From the NCBI RefSeq assembly GCF_006345805.1, contig NC_043000.1:10292001-10356000 (forward strand): DNA of 64,000 bases. Reading direction: 5' to 3'. Made by a program: the position numbers and the translations under genes. Below the pieces are notes generated by a model, which was not told the origin of the DNA, did no database searches, and was given only the letters and a program-made list of their open reading frames with translations. Positions 50,774 through 64,000 of this stretch are shown one piece after another. Source of the stretch: Octopus sinensis. Lineage: Eukaryota. Every line of letters begins with the position of its first letter. The stretch's first letter is position 1.

Positions 50774-51574
50774 CCAACGTATAGTTTTGGGATTTTTTTC
50801 TGATGAAAATAGGGTGTCGTTTGAAGAAAATTTGACTGCCATTTCTAGTTGGATCGATTATGCAGAGGTTCCCTCGTAAGCTTAACTTCAACAAAAAATG
50901 TTCATATTTGATTAACATATTGATGGCATATACTATGTTTAGAGTCTAGAACCATAGGGTAGACTACAGGCATGCATTAGAAATTAGAATTGTATCTCAA
51001 CCAATTCAAAACTATTTACTTTTAAACATGGAAAGTTGTCACTCTAAGAAACATGAAAGACCGAGTTAATCGCTGTGATTTGTTTGTATAAGAGAAACTC
51101 TTCCAACTTTGAGAAATATTTATTGGCAGATCGCCTAAAATTAAGCATAGCATACTGGAACTACTGTATTGATTAATTCCAAGGATAATTCTATTTGGAA
51201 ATTCGTGGAAGGTTGCCACACTTTTTAAAGTAGAGTTTATTTAGAAATTAATTCTAAAATATTGGGAAAATGTAAATATATGGATGATAAGGATTTGAAA
51301 ATACATCGATTAGCAAATTAAAAATACATTAATTATACTTATTTTAGAAGTGTTGTTTACCGAATTCTCCGTATTTATCTCAAGATTTAAATAGACCGGA
51401 ACTCTTATCGACAAAATCATATTTAATATTATAATTAACCGAAATAATCATAGTTTCAAGTCAGGTTTAACTCTTTTTAGAATCATTTTCCTTATCAAAG
51501 GACGCATCTGTATTAACACATTTTTTTATAGAGTTCGAATTTAACCTTTATTAGTATTCGATATTTATAATCTA

Positions 51575-51970
51575 CTAGCAGTATCGCCCGGCGTTGCTCG
51601 GGTTTGTAAGGGAAATAACTATATAAGTATTTTTAGAGAGTTATAGCCAAAAATTAGCAAAAAATGCATTCAAAATGGAAAAAAATGATGGTAAATTTTT
51701 TTTTAAATCGTTGACTCATCGTAGAGATTTTTAGAGAGTTACTTCCCTTATATAATAGCGAAAAAATGCATTAAAATGGAATAAAATGATGGTAAATTAT
51801 TTTTAAAATCGTAGACTCATCGTAGACGCGCGCTAATACCCAGAAGGGCTCGATATGAATCACGACTATAAGATACCCGGTTTTGGTTAAACTGCACTGC
51901 AAAATGTGGGAGTAGTTAGGAATCTAAATCGTAGAAAACAGACACACAACTTGACTTTTATATATAAAGA
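51575..51970 (-). mobile_element. Non-autonomous Helitron, same 3' end as 6383-6766 but different 5' part
   Basis: Minus strand A|TCTTTATATATAAAAG ... cccgagcaacgccgggcgatactgCTAG|T; AT target. Confidence 0.85.
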
Positions 51971-52817
51971 TGAACAAACTTAGTTTAGTTAGAACAAGTT
52001 ATTGGAACCATAAAATACGCAATTTCTTTTGAAATTGAATTTTTTGGTTTTTGCTTTTGTTTGTTTGTTTTTTTGTTTTTTGAAACCTTAATTCTGGGGA
52101 TGGTGTAAAATACACATAGGTGTACTGAAGGCGCATGCATAGGTGAGGATCTCTTTGAAAACTGTATTCTTTATCATACACTTGCCACTCCTGTTTTGAG
52201 TGTTGTTATCTTTACGTTCAAAAACGGACGCTCTCTAGTAAGAGCTTCATACAATAGTCTATGAGAAAGTATTGATTTCTCTCCACCCTTGTGACACAAG
52301 CATTTTGAGACAAGGGTTTAAGATCAGGAAAAAGACAAATAAGAAAAGGAAAACCATTTACTTATCCCTGTTGGAGAAGCTGTTCCAAATTTAAAGATTA
52401 TTCGTCTCTCTTTTGTGTTCATGTGTGCCAGAGAAAACATCGTGAACAACATCTATGGACACTCAAAAATAATCAACAAATTTGATAAGTAATTACGTGT
52501 GTCTAGAAAATGTCTAACAAAAAGACCTCGAAAGTTTTACGCTTTTAAAAGAAAGAGAAGACAGAACTGAAGGAGCGTGGTGGTTACAGCTTCAAATCAG
52601 AAGAAGGCGGAGGTTATGGAGAATGTACATTCTTAGCAGAAGGAAGACTGGATAGAAAATAAATTGAAAAGGAATTCGGTGATTCACTTCTTCAAACTTA
52701 AATATCGATTATATTGAATCCAGTATTCAACTGGTACTTATTTTATTGACCCCGAAAGAATGACAAAGTGGACCTCGACGGAGTTTGAACGCAGACCGTA
52801 AAGACAGACGAAATACC

Positions 52818-53048
52818 TATTTCTTTACTACCCACAAGGGGCAAAACACAGAGAGGACAAACAAGGACAGACAAACGGATTAAGTCGATTATATCGACCC
52901 CAGTGCGTAACTGGTACTTATTTAATCGACCCCGAAAGGATGAAAGGCAAAGTCGACCTCGGCAGAATTTGAACTCAGAACGTAACGGCAGACGAAATAC
53001 GGCTACACATTTTGCCCGGCGTGCTAACGTTTCTGCCAGCTCGCCGCC
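52818..53048 (-). mobile_element. SINE A, full length, next to an older A fragment (~52705-52817)
   Basis: Family A head, core and tail. Confidence 0.9.
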
Positions 53049-54018
53049 TTATTATTGTAAATATTGTTTGCATAACTTTGTGAGATATTTTACTACATTG
53101 AACGTCGTTTACGACAATCTCAAAGTATGAGAAGTGAGTCATTAAGTGATTTGTGTATATTTGGTGGCGTCGTAGATGTATGAAAGCCTCTGAAGTAATA
53201 TCATCCAGACCATTTATCATTTCTAGTTATCAGCGGGAAATTTGATGGTCGTATCTTCAATGCGCATCGAGAAATTTTCTTGGGTGCTCACAGCGTAGTT
53301 TCCACCAAGATAATAAGTTAGTTTGACTTACAGAAGCTCTCTTTGTGTTTGCTTCGCAGGTCAAGGGGAAGTTTAAGAGTAAGAATAACGATAAGGGGAT
53401 TAAACAGTGGATAGTGAAATGAATGTGTCTGAAATGTGTTTATTTCTTTTTGCGATGTGTTTCAGGGTTTGCTTGTGCTCATACTAGTTATATTGTGCTT
53501 TTTGGGGAATGTGTGTATGTGTGTTTGTGTGTATAAACATACATACATACAGATAGGTAGATAGACTCTCTCTCTCACACACACACACACACACGCACAC
53601 ACGCACACACACACAACGCACATGTATACATATATATATACATATATATGCACACATATATATACATATATATGCATACATATATATAAATATATATGAA
53701 CACATACACGCAAACATATATACATATATAGGTATATACACATATATATGTATACATACACACATATACATATAAACACATACATACGTATGTACACGGA
53801 GGTGCTTCAAATTTGCCAAGATCTATTCGACCCCTTCTGTATTATGTCTATGTATACATACATACCCACATACCTACATATATACATATATATATATAAT
53901 ATATATATATATATGCATACATATATACATATGTACACACATACATATATATACATATGTGTGTACATAATATAAATATATATATATTATATATATGTAT
54001 ATATATAATATCGATATT

Positions 54019-54061
<43 letters not shown>

Positions 54062-54525
54062 ATAATCCTACAATTAACAATATCAATTCTAATAATAACC
54101 ACGATTCTAATAATTCATCATATAACACTACTACACTACCCACAAATACGAATTGCAATTTCAGAGACCCTAATGCTTGTAAATCAGAAAGAAACTGTAA
54201 AAAGAAAGACGTTGTATACCAGGCAACAATTATCACGCAGGACTCATCGAGTTTTATATATATATATAGGTTGCGAATCCACCTTCAGAGACCATAGAAA
54301 AAAGAACAGTACCGATCCATCAAAAGAAACAATATTAAATTCTCAATTTCCTGGAAAATTCTAACTTCGGCCCCTTCTTACAGAAATAACAATAAAATTT
54401 GCAGATTATGTCTAGAAGAAAGCTAGAATATAATGAGAATGAATAGAAACCTAGTTAATACGAGGGATGAAAAGGTTGCCTCATGCAAACACATGACTAA
54501 ATTTCTATTCACTAGTCTAAAATAA
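54062..54525 (+). mobile_element. 5'-truncated Naiad-type PLE (GIY-YIG C-terminal part)
   Basis: NCNFRDPNACKSERNCKKKDVVYQATI...YIGCESTFRDH; later ICRLCLEE...LVNTRDEKVASCKHMTKF. Confidence 0.8.
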
Positions 54526-56990
54526 CTATTTACTACCTTATTTCTTAGTTTGATCTTTTTCTTTTAAAATTCACATTATATTCTCGCCTATTACTCAATA
54601 TAGAACCTTACCCTATCCCCACATTGTATTACTATAACATAAATTCCCTTTATATACTTTATTTTAAAATTTCCTTTATGATAACTAAAGAACCTTCTGC
54701 ATATATGTCTCTCTATACTTTTTCCTCATACGCTTGGATATATGAACTTATACCGGTATATTTTCTTATTTACTCCTGTTTTTGCACATATGTTTTTGCG
54801 TTTATGTGTGCTATCTATGTGCTTACATATGTATGCGTATATGTACATGCATACATGTGAGTATAGACCATTATGTGTGTGTATATATATATATATATAT
54901 ATGCATATATCTATATGCAGGTGTATGTGGGTGTTGTATGCACATTCCTATGGATATGTGTAAGATACACCATCTTCTGCATGTAGTTTGTATAACTATG
55001 TATTTGTATTTGAATATACATACACATTTCTACTTATATGTATACCCTTATATACCTATGTATATGTACTGTAATTTTTTGCTCCCCTCCTCTAAATATA
55101 TCTACTTCACTAAATACTTGCATATGTTATTAGTTTTTCTATCGTACAATTAAGTATATTTTCAGCACTGATATATATACATCTGTATTTTATAGTGCGG
55201 TTGTGCGTGTTTGTATCTATTATCAGTATATCTATGTATACCTCTATGTGTATCTATGTATATATGTGTTTTTTGTGTATACGTATCTATGTCTATAGAT
55301 ATGTAAGTACGTGTATATGTATGTATATAAATGTGTGTGTATATCTGCATATATATGTACACGTATGTATGTGTATATGCATATACGTGTTTATTTACAT
55401 ATGTATGTGTGTATTTGTACATATAAATTCATGTGCATATAGTGTATGTGTATATATTTGTTTATCTATATGCTTATATGTGTATGTACACCTATATTTA
55501 TATTTGATTGTATATACATTCAGTCTACTCCATATATGATAAGCATTTATCCTATAATTTTGTAACTTTATATGTAACCCTACATGTGTCTATCAACTCG
55601 TCGATCGTAATAAATATTATTTTTAATATGTTCACAAGCATTGAACCTATATAACATTACGATCATATATAGCCATACCTTATCCTTATCACATAATACT
55701 CAGTAAGAATAATACTCTTGACATAAAATTTTATATATACAAAATATTCCTTTTGTATAGCTTTATCCTACACATTCAAAACATTTGTCTTTAATCTATG
55801 TTTCTTTTATGTTTAACATTCACTTCTCCCATTACATCCCATACTTGATCACTATTTTTTCTTCTTATTTATCTCCCCTTTTTCGCCCTCTCTAATTTAT
55901 TACCTTATCGCTTCTATATTTCTCTTCTTACTATATCTCCTAATATGTTATCTTATCTCTATTCATAATAATGACTTCGTAAGTATATACAACCTTAATT
56001 GTCTTATTTCCATTTGAATTACTACTTATCCTCATCTTCTCCTTTATTATACTTCCATGGTACCTTAATATGGATCTTGAGTAAACAAGAATCCTTAATC
56101 CACTTCCACTTCATTCTTTTTAATTCTTCCCCCTCCTCCTATACTTTTATAAATGACTTCATTAACTTTTTAGTATAAGCTTTACAAACATTTTTTTACG
56201 CTCAAATTTCTTCATCTGTTTATAAAAAAATACCAAGTATTGTTTCTAACGGTTAGATTTAATTTACATTAAATAATGTTTTCTCATTGGACATTTCTCT
56301 AAATTATTCGCCCTATGCTGCTTATATGGAGATTTAATTAGCAAATATATACTAATCTATAAAGAGAGTTTTATCGATATCTCTAAATTTATATCATCCC
56401 CTATACGTTCAGCTGTTAGTTTTGGTTTAAAATTTGACATGGTTCCCATACTATCGCACACAAATAGGAACAGATAAACATGGAACTCATAGATCCAACT
56501 TTTTGGCTCTTTTTTTAAGTTCCTATTATTATTTTCTCTCTGCACTGATGAGTACTATGATAATTTTTAAATTCAAATATGAATTTATATCTATACACGA
56601 AACAATTGTATGCATGAATAAACTTCTTACAACTTTTTAACCTCTTATCTCCTCCATTTTTGACAAATATGATTGGATTTGTTTGTAAAACTTCATTTCA
56701 TAAATTAATCATACACTTAATATTCTAATACTACTTTTCATATCTTCACCAATTTTCACCAGTAAACTATCAGAAAAGTAAGAAGAATCAACGTAACAAA
56801 TCTTTTTGAACACCACTCCAATTAAAGGACAATACCACATTCAACTTGTTACACGCGTATGTGTGCATATGTATGTATGCGTACATGTTTATATATACGA
56901 AGGTATATATGTATATTTCTATTGTTATATACATATATATATGTATGTATGCATATGTATATATGTGTTATAATATCCTAACTTATATAT

Positions 56991-57414
56991 CTCTTTTACT
57001 CTTTTACTTGTTTCAGTCATTTGACTGCGGCCATGCTGGAGCACCGCCTTTAATTGAGCAACTCGACCCCAGGACTTATTCTTTGTAAGCCCAGTACTTA
57101 TTCTATCGGTCTCTTTTGCCGAACCGCTAAGTGACGGGGACGTAACACACCAGCATCGGTTGTCAAGCAATGCTAGGGGGACAAACACAGACACAAACAC
57201 ATCACACAAACACACACCACATATATATATATATATATATATACATATATACGACATGCATCTTTCAGTTTCCGTCTACCAAATCCACTCACAAGGCATG
57301 GTCGGCCCGGGGCTATAGCAGAAGACGCTTGCCCAAGATGCCACGCAGTGGGACTGAACCCGGAACCATGTGGTTGGTTAGCAAGCTACTTACCACACAG
57401 CCACTCCTGCGCCT
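56991..57414 (-). mobile_element. SINE C, full length
   Basis: Full family C structure. Confidence 0.9.
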
Positions 57415-57418
57415 TATA

Positions 57419-57487
<69 letters not shown>

Positions 57488-57488
57488 C

Positions 57489-57533
<45 letters not shown>

Positions 57534-57872
57534 CATACATACATGAACACTGTGCTTGTTCATCGATAACTATAGTACGTCTATGAGTTCAGTTCACTTA
57601 AATATAGTGCCTCAGTTTTTTGGGAATAATAATGTGAATAATAAGGGTTTGTTTTTGCTTATATTCTTTAATGTTCTGTGGTTTTTGATATTATTATTAA
57701 ATTCGTGGCAATATAAAATGGGGAATATATACATTATTCTTTATATATATGAACAAGAAGCAGTTGAGAGTTTGTCAAGATTAAAATATTAGGAACATAA
57801 ATATTAAGCACTAAACGTAAAAACAAAAGAATCTAGATTTTTCCAAATTTTCCTCTTGCCTATGTGTATGTA

Positions 57873-57941
<69 letters not shown>

Positions 57942-58192
57942 TATATATATGTATCTGTTATATATATATGTGTGTGTATATGCATTTATTATGTATCTAA
58001 ATATGCATGTATATGTGTGTGTGTGTGTGTCTATGTGTGAATAAATGTACACATCTATATATGAGGTATGTATATATGAAGCACGATTCTATACATATGT
58101 ATGTATATATGAGTGCGTAAGTGTGCATGTGTGTGTATATGATGTATCAACGTCGTGCGCATGTATTGTAAGTATACATATGCATGTATGCT

Positions 58193-58229
<37 letters not shown>

Positions 58230-58588
58230 ATGTATGCATGTTTGAATGAATGTACTGTATATGTATGATGTGAAAATATGTGCATGTATAATATATATAT
58301 ATATAATATATATATATATTATACACACACACACACATAAATATATTATACACACACACGCACATATATATTATATTATAACACACACCACATATATATA
58401 TATATTATACACGCACACACACCACATATATATATATATTATACACACACACACACACATATATATAGTATTATATACACACACACATATATATATATAT
58501 TATACACACACACACACATATATATATATTATACACACACACACTCACATATATATATATTATACACACACACACACATATATATTAT

Positions 58589-58623
<35 letters not shown>

Positions 58624-58624
58624 C

Positions 58625-58672
<48 letters not shown>

Positions 58673-58986
58673 CACACACACACACATATATATATATATT
58701 ATACACACACACACACATATACATATATATATATAAATAACTGTATGTATGCTTCCTTGAATGTATGAAATATGTATGTTTGTAAAAACTTTACTCTTAT
58801 CTATATTTTTCCTCTGCTGTTTTAAAGAAATCAAATTTGGTCAAGATTGCGGCTGCTGCTTCTTAAGTTGCAGCTCCTGCCTAAAGTCTCTGAACACTTT
58901 TATTGACATTATTTATGTCTTCGAGTGTTTTGCGTGCATATGATTTTTTTCTTTTTGTGTATGTGCGTGCGTGTGATTTTTGTACT

Positions 58987-59374
58987 GGATGGAAGCACTC
59001 CGTCGGTTACGACGACGAGGGTTCCGGTCGATCCGAATCAACGGAACAGCCTGCACGTGAAATTAACGTGTAAGTTGGCTGAGCACTCCACAGACACGTG
59101 CACCCTTAACGTAGTTCTCGGGGGGATATTCAGCGTGACACAGAAGTGACAAGCCGCCCTTTGAAATACAGGTACAACAGAAACAGGAAGTAAGAGTGAG
59201 AGAAAGTTGTGTGAAAGAGTACAGCAGGGATTCACCACCATCCCCTGACGGAGCCTCGTGGAGCTTTTAGGTGTTTTCGCTCAATAAACACTCACAACGC
59301 CCGGTCTGGGAATCGAAACCGCGATCCTATGACCGCGAGTCCGCTGCCCTAACCACTGGGCCATTGCGCCTCCT
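58987..59374 (-). mobile_element. SINE B, long tail type i
   Basis: TSD atttttgtact (58976-58986 and 59375-59385). Confidence 0.9.
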
Positions 59375-59573
59375 ATTTTTGTACTACGTAGTGTTCATAA
59401 AATATAACGGAGCCTATTTTACAAAGAGCTATTGCATCTAGCTAACCAATCAACATACGAGCGTACGTGCACTCGCACACACACATACATACATACTTAC
59501 ACATATACATACATATGTCATACATATGTACATACATACGTACATATATACATACATACATACATATGCTCTC

Positions 59574-59632
<59 letters not shown>

Positions 59633-59755
59633 ACGTATAATATATACATCTAAGTATATATATATTATGACTGTAGTTATTGAATGAGTATATGTATATT
59701 CATACAGGCAATATGTATAACATATCTGCATGCATAAATGAATACATCTCATACA

Positions 59756-59837
<82 letters not shown>

Positions 59838-60708
59838 CATGCAAGAGAAGTATAGCCTTTATTCCCCTTTTCGCTTATCTTTTTCTTCTCGTTTTTTTTT
59901 TTATTTCTCGCATTTCCTTACGGAGTAGCCCTCTCATATGAGCCTGAACGATTGCCGAGTCGCGCAAGGGATGCTATATAAGCTGGTTCGATGACAGCAT
60001 TTAGCGAGCATGAAACTTGAAGTAGTTCACGTTTAACTCCTGTATTCATTAACTGAAACATACACACACACACATACATATAGTGTATACACATTTATGT
60101 GCATTGCCTTTAAAAATTTCATTTGTCGGTCACGAGATTCCGCATTTGATTGTGTTGCATGGCTCTTTGTCAATTACCTGTTACCATATTATTATGTCCC
60201 AATCCTTATAAATCCGTAGATATCAATATGGCAAACCGTGTGATTCTTACGTCGGTATCTGAAGCTATGCTTCTTACTATTAGAACCTGTGTGTCGTGCT
60301 TTCTATTTTCTTTTCTCACACCATCCTTAGAGATTCTGCATAAAAGATCATGGTTAGTTTTCTTCTTCATCTGACTAGGCCATTACAAAATATATATAAG
60401 GTGAAGTTGAAACTTTTTAACAAAAACTTTTATTTTACATCGGAAGAAAAAATAATAATGAAATCGATAGTTTGCTATCAGCATCGTATTTTATCTAGCA
60501 ACATCTCTGTTGAGATTGATTTACAATATCTCTTTTGTATTTGTTGAATAGATTGGAAATTTTGTCTAGAAAATTGATTTCTGGTTTGATTATTTAATAC
60601 TGGAACATAATAATCGTTTGCGATACAAACTAAAACCAATATGATTTTGATATTTTATTTTATTTTATATTATTTAATTTCATTTTATTTTATTTCCTTT
60701 TATCGCAG

Positions 60709-60911
60709 GTAATTATTGTGAAATGCGGGCGGAGCCTGGTTTCTGTTTGGCTAAAATTACCAGATATTATTACGACCGAATTTCTGGAACATGTCGTATG
60801 TTCCATTATGGTGGATGCGGTGGCAACGGTAATAACTTCTATACGAAGAGAGATTGCCTCAATTACTGTTCTTCAAGAAGACCTGCATATGGTTATCAAA
60901 CTCGCAATTGA
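60709..60911 (+). CDS. Terminal exon: BPTI/Kunitz domain 2, P1 = Leu, plus short tail and stop
   Basis: Long polypyrimidine tract tatcgcag|GT; NYCEMRAEPGFCLAKITRYYYDRISGTCRMFHYGGCGGNGNNFYTKRDCLNYCSSRRPAYGYQTRN*; phase 1 joins 48788 (C+GT = Arg). Confidence 0.93.
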
Positions 60912-61790
60912 AAATCTAATCAATGTAATTCAAACTAAACATGAATATTTGATAACTTCGATTTACTTGAATTTTCCATAAGCATATTATTATTATTATT
61001 TGTATTACTTCTTTGCGCTTTTTAATACTCTGAAGTAAATTTTTATATCCATCTTTCAATGTCCATTTGTATATCTTTTGTATTATTAAAAACAATCGAT
61101 ATTACTGATCCTTTGTTGGTTTACAATTATTTTCTGGTCAATATTATTAAGCATGTATTGATTTGTAATATAAGTAATCCGTTCATTAAAGAAAAGTGTC
61201 AGCCTATTATCTTGTAAAGACATAATAATTGGACGACATACACTAGGAAACCATCTTGATATTACAAAAGCTTTCTTACAGAAATTCTCGCAGCTACAAG
61301 AGCTTATAAACATACGATAAAACTGTTTCTAAAATGCAGGCCCCATTTTCTTCATCTTTTATACTATAGAGCAGTGTGTATTAAGTGTTCTTACCAGAGG
61401 AAAATTAACTGAAATAACAATCAAAAAGAAAGTTCGGACTCACCTTTGTTGGGAGATATTAGATTTAAACCAGTTGATACCATAACAATGCCGAATACTA
61501 TGAAGTTGAAATATTTAGTTAAAACTTTGTTTTGTATTATGAAGCCAGTTAGCATCGTGCGATTAGTTTTAATATTGGATAACAAAGATTATGTTCAAAA
61601 TGTCTGTCACAAGAACTGATTGAAAAGAATGTAATTTCATGAAGTAAAATTAAATATGCCAATTAGTTTTCTTTTACTTGTTTCAGTCATTGGACTGTGG
61701 CCATGCTGGAACACAGTCTTGAAGTGATTAATAGAACAAATCTAACCCAGTGAGGAAACACACACACACACACGCGCACACACACACACA

Positions 61791-61834
<44 letters not shown>

Positions 61835-61939
61835 GCTTCCATGTAATCGTCATCTACCATATTCACTTAACAAAGCATTAGTCCGCCCGGAATTATAGTG
61901 GAAGACACGTGCCTTAGATGCTGCGTAGTGGAACCGAAC

Positions 61940-62105
61940 CAGAAACCACTTGGTTGCGAACCTAACTTTTTAACGATACAATTATTAAAGATCTAATACA
62001 AATAACCTGCTTAAAACTAATGCAGAAACCACTTGGTTGCGAACCTAACTTTTTAACGATACAATTATTAAAGATCTAATACAAATAACCTGCTTAAAAC
62101 TAATG
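61940..62105. repeat. Exact 83-bp tandem duplication
   Basis: 61940-62022 is identical to 62023-62105. Confidence 0.95.
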
Positions 62106-62578
62106 GTTATTTATAGCAGAGGCTCAAAAATTTAGAGCGAGCAATGCCATTTTCAGTCATGGGCGCACTTGGTCATTACCCAGGGCCCCTCAGGCTTAGG
62201 GACTAAGTGCGAACCTGTGTATGCTGTGCTTGTGTAGATAGGGGCTCCAGTACATTCATTGTTTTGCTCGGTGGCTTGGATATGGGCGAAGAGCGAGCTA
62301 GAATACTATTAAGACGGCTTTCGGGGCGAGGATACTGTCAATTCAATCGACCGTAGTAACCACAAGTGCCAATTGTGGTGAGGTAGTTTGTGTTCCTCAA
62401 TTACCCTGAGGGCTATTCTATCAGAGCACAATCTCCTTGTTGGACCTTCCAAACTGGACAGGTCAAAGGATAGAGGTCAGACTAATGTGTACCACCTCGA
62501 TTTCAGCAGAATTTGAACTCAGAACGCAGCAGCGGACGAAATACCACAAAGCATTTCGCCCGGCGTGCTAGCGTTTCT

Positions 62579-62809
62579 TATTTCTTTATTGCCCACAAGG
62601 GGCTAAACATAGAGGGGACGAACAAGGACAGACACACGGATTAAGTCGATTATATTGACCCCAGTGCGTAACTGGTACTTAATTTATCGACACCGAAAGG
62701 ATGAAAGGCAAAGTCGACCTCGGCGGTATTTGAACTCAGAACGTAACAGCAGACGAAATACGGCTGTGCATTTCGCCCGGCGTGCTAACGTTTCTGCCAG
62801 CTCGCCGCC
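62579..62809 (-). mobile_element. SINE A, full length, abutting a second A fragment (~62495-62578)
   Basis: Family A head, core and tail. Confidence 0.9.
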
Positions 62810-63003
62810 TTACAGAACTACATATTAATGGTAAGTTGTATCTAATCGTGAAAGCAAATTATAAAATAGATTTTTTTTTTAATTATTTCTTTTTTAAATA
62901 AATTGATTTATTGTTATTTTTGCAGAGCGAAATCTAAATTCTCAGTTGTGTTGATTGTCAACGAGGATTTGTGACAGCGATTTTAATCTATTGCATTTAT
63001 TTT

Positions 63004-63246
63004 TTGCAGCGTTCAAAGTGTTTATAAGCCATCTAAAAAGCACACAAAACACCGTTAGATTCACTTTGAAAGCGCGACCTCTTCACTGACAAAACTTCGT
63101 GCTGCATCACGATATGTTGTCAGTGAACGGGTCCCGGTTTCAATGCGACGAAAATATTTTGACACAAATTAAATTTAAATGTTGAAGTGAATCAAACGGT
63201 TTTTGTGTGCTTTTTAAATGGCTTATAAACACCTTCCACGCTGCAA
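63004..63246. mobile_element. MITE-like foldback element, ~60 bp TIRs
   Basis: ttgcagcg..gtgtttataagccat.taaaaagcacacaaaa..ccgtt.gattcactt mirrored at the right end; inner ttcactgaca/tgtcagtgaa. Confidence 0.72.
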
Positions 63247-63687
63247 TTGTTTTTTTGTTTCAACACACAATCTCAGATCAAGTCACTTGCTATGCAAGTA
63301 CATCCCCGTAACATTTATTTTTTGTTTCACTTAAAAAGAGACATAATCAATATTTACTGATGGCTACCATTAACTTAGATTAACGCAGCTTGTAGATATA
63401 CAGTAATAGGCTCAAAGTAGAAAGTGCTCTGCTAATATCTTCTACAATATCGTGAGATGATTTTAAACCCATTAGTCAAATGACTACAACTTCGCTGCTC
63501 AGCACAAAGAATATCAATTTTGAAATATCTGACCACCATTAAATGCGAAACGCAATTTCGTGATTGTCAAAATGTTTTCTCAGGAGACATTGACCGCTAA
63601 TGATATATAGTCCTATCATTATTGTTTTGCTAACTATAAAGACCATTTTGTACGTGCACGCGTGTTGCGTGTACATGTGAATGCGTG

Positions 63688-63689
<2 letters not shown>

Positions 63690-63767
<78 letters not shown>

Positions 63768-64000
63768 ATGTATGTATGTATGTATATGTATGTATGTATA
63801 TATATGTATGTATGTATATATATGTATGTATATGTATATATATGTATATGTATATATATGTATATGTATATATATATGTATGTGTGTATATGTATATATA
63901 TATATGTGTGTATATGTATATATGTGTATATATGTGTATATATGTATATATATATGTATATACATGTGTGTGTGTGTATATATGTATATATATATGTGTG
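63690..64000. repeat. (TA)n/(TATG)n microsatellite to the window end
   Basis: Direct reading. Confidence 0.95.

Noticed and set aside
53359-53377. Good acceptor (ttcgcag) and donor (gtaaga) defining a 19-nt micro-exon between the two Kunitz exons
   Set aside because: It is not a multiple of three and has a stop in the required phase-1 frame; the Kunitz exons already join in frame.
55600-56830. AT-rich segment with hints of a minus-strand L1/Tx1-like ORF (e.g. NEVIYKSIGGGEELKRMKWKWIK)
   Set aside because: Many stops and no diagnostic motif recognised with confidence; needs tBLASTn or HMM search.

Overview
AT-rich, repeat-dominated animal genomic DNA. The SINE set, long (TA)n/(TG)n tracts and exon content suggest a cephalopod (octopus-like) genome; this is inference, with no database search. 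One host gene is recoverable on the + strand as five phase-compatible exons (35668-35795, 43612-43711, 46130-46309, 48633-48788, 60709-60911). They encode the C-terminal part of a cysteine-rich protease-inhibitor-type protein: antistasin-like, FOLN-like, lustrin-type Cys repeat, Kunitz (P1 Arg), Kunitz (P1 Leu), stop. Its 5' exon(s) were not identified. The rest is transposons. There are three tRNA-derived SINE families (working names A, B, C) plus an (AAT)n-tailed family D. LINE fragments are R4/Dong, CR1, RTE and HERO-like. Also present are a Gypsy integrase scrap, non-autonomous Helitrons, hAT, Harbinger and Tc1/pogo-type MITEs, and Penelope-like elements (PLEs), including a frameshifted near-full-length Naiad-type copy at 37087-42194. 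The most notable observations are: (1) about ten hammerhead-ribozyme cores in several unrelated sequence contexts between 7 and 42 kb, three times as inverted pairs, with a recurring CCGANGA core variant; (2) a CR1 LINE 3' end sharing its terminal stem-loop with SINE C; (3) a Dong-like LINE inserted in an (AAT)n tract; (4) a ~1.6 kb inverted duplication whose inner ends coincide with MITE termini. Coordinates were counted by hand. Repeat boundaries are approximate and all similarity statements are by eye.
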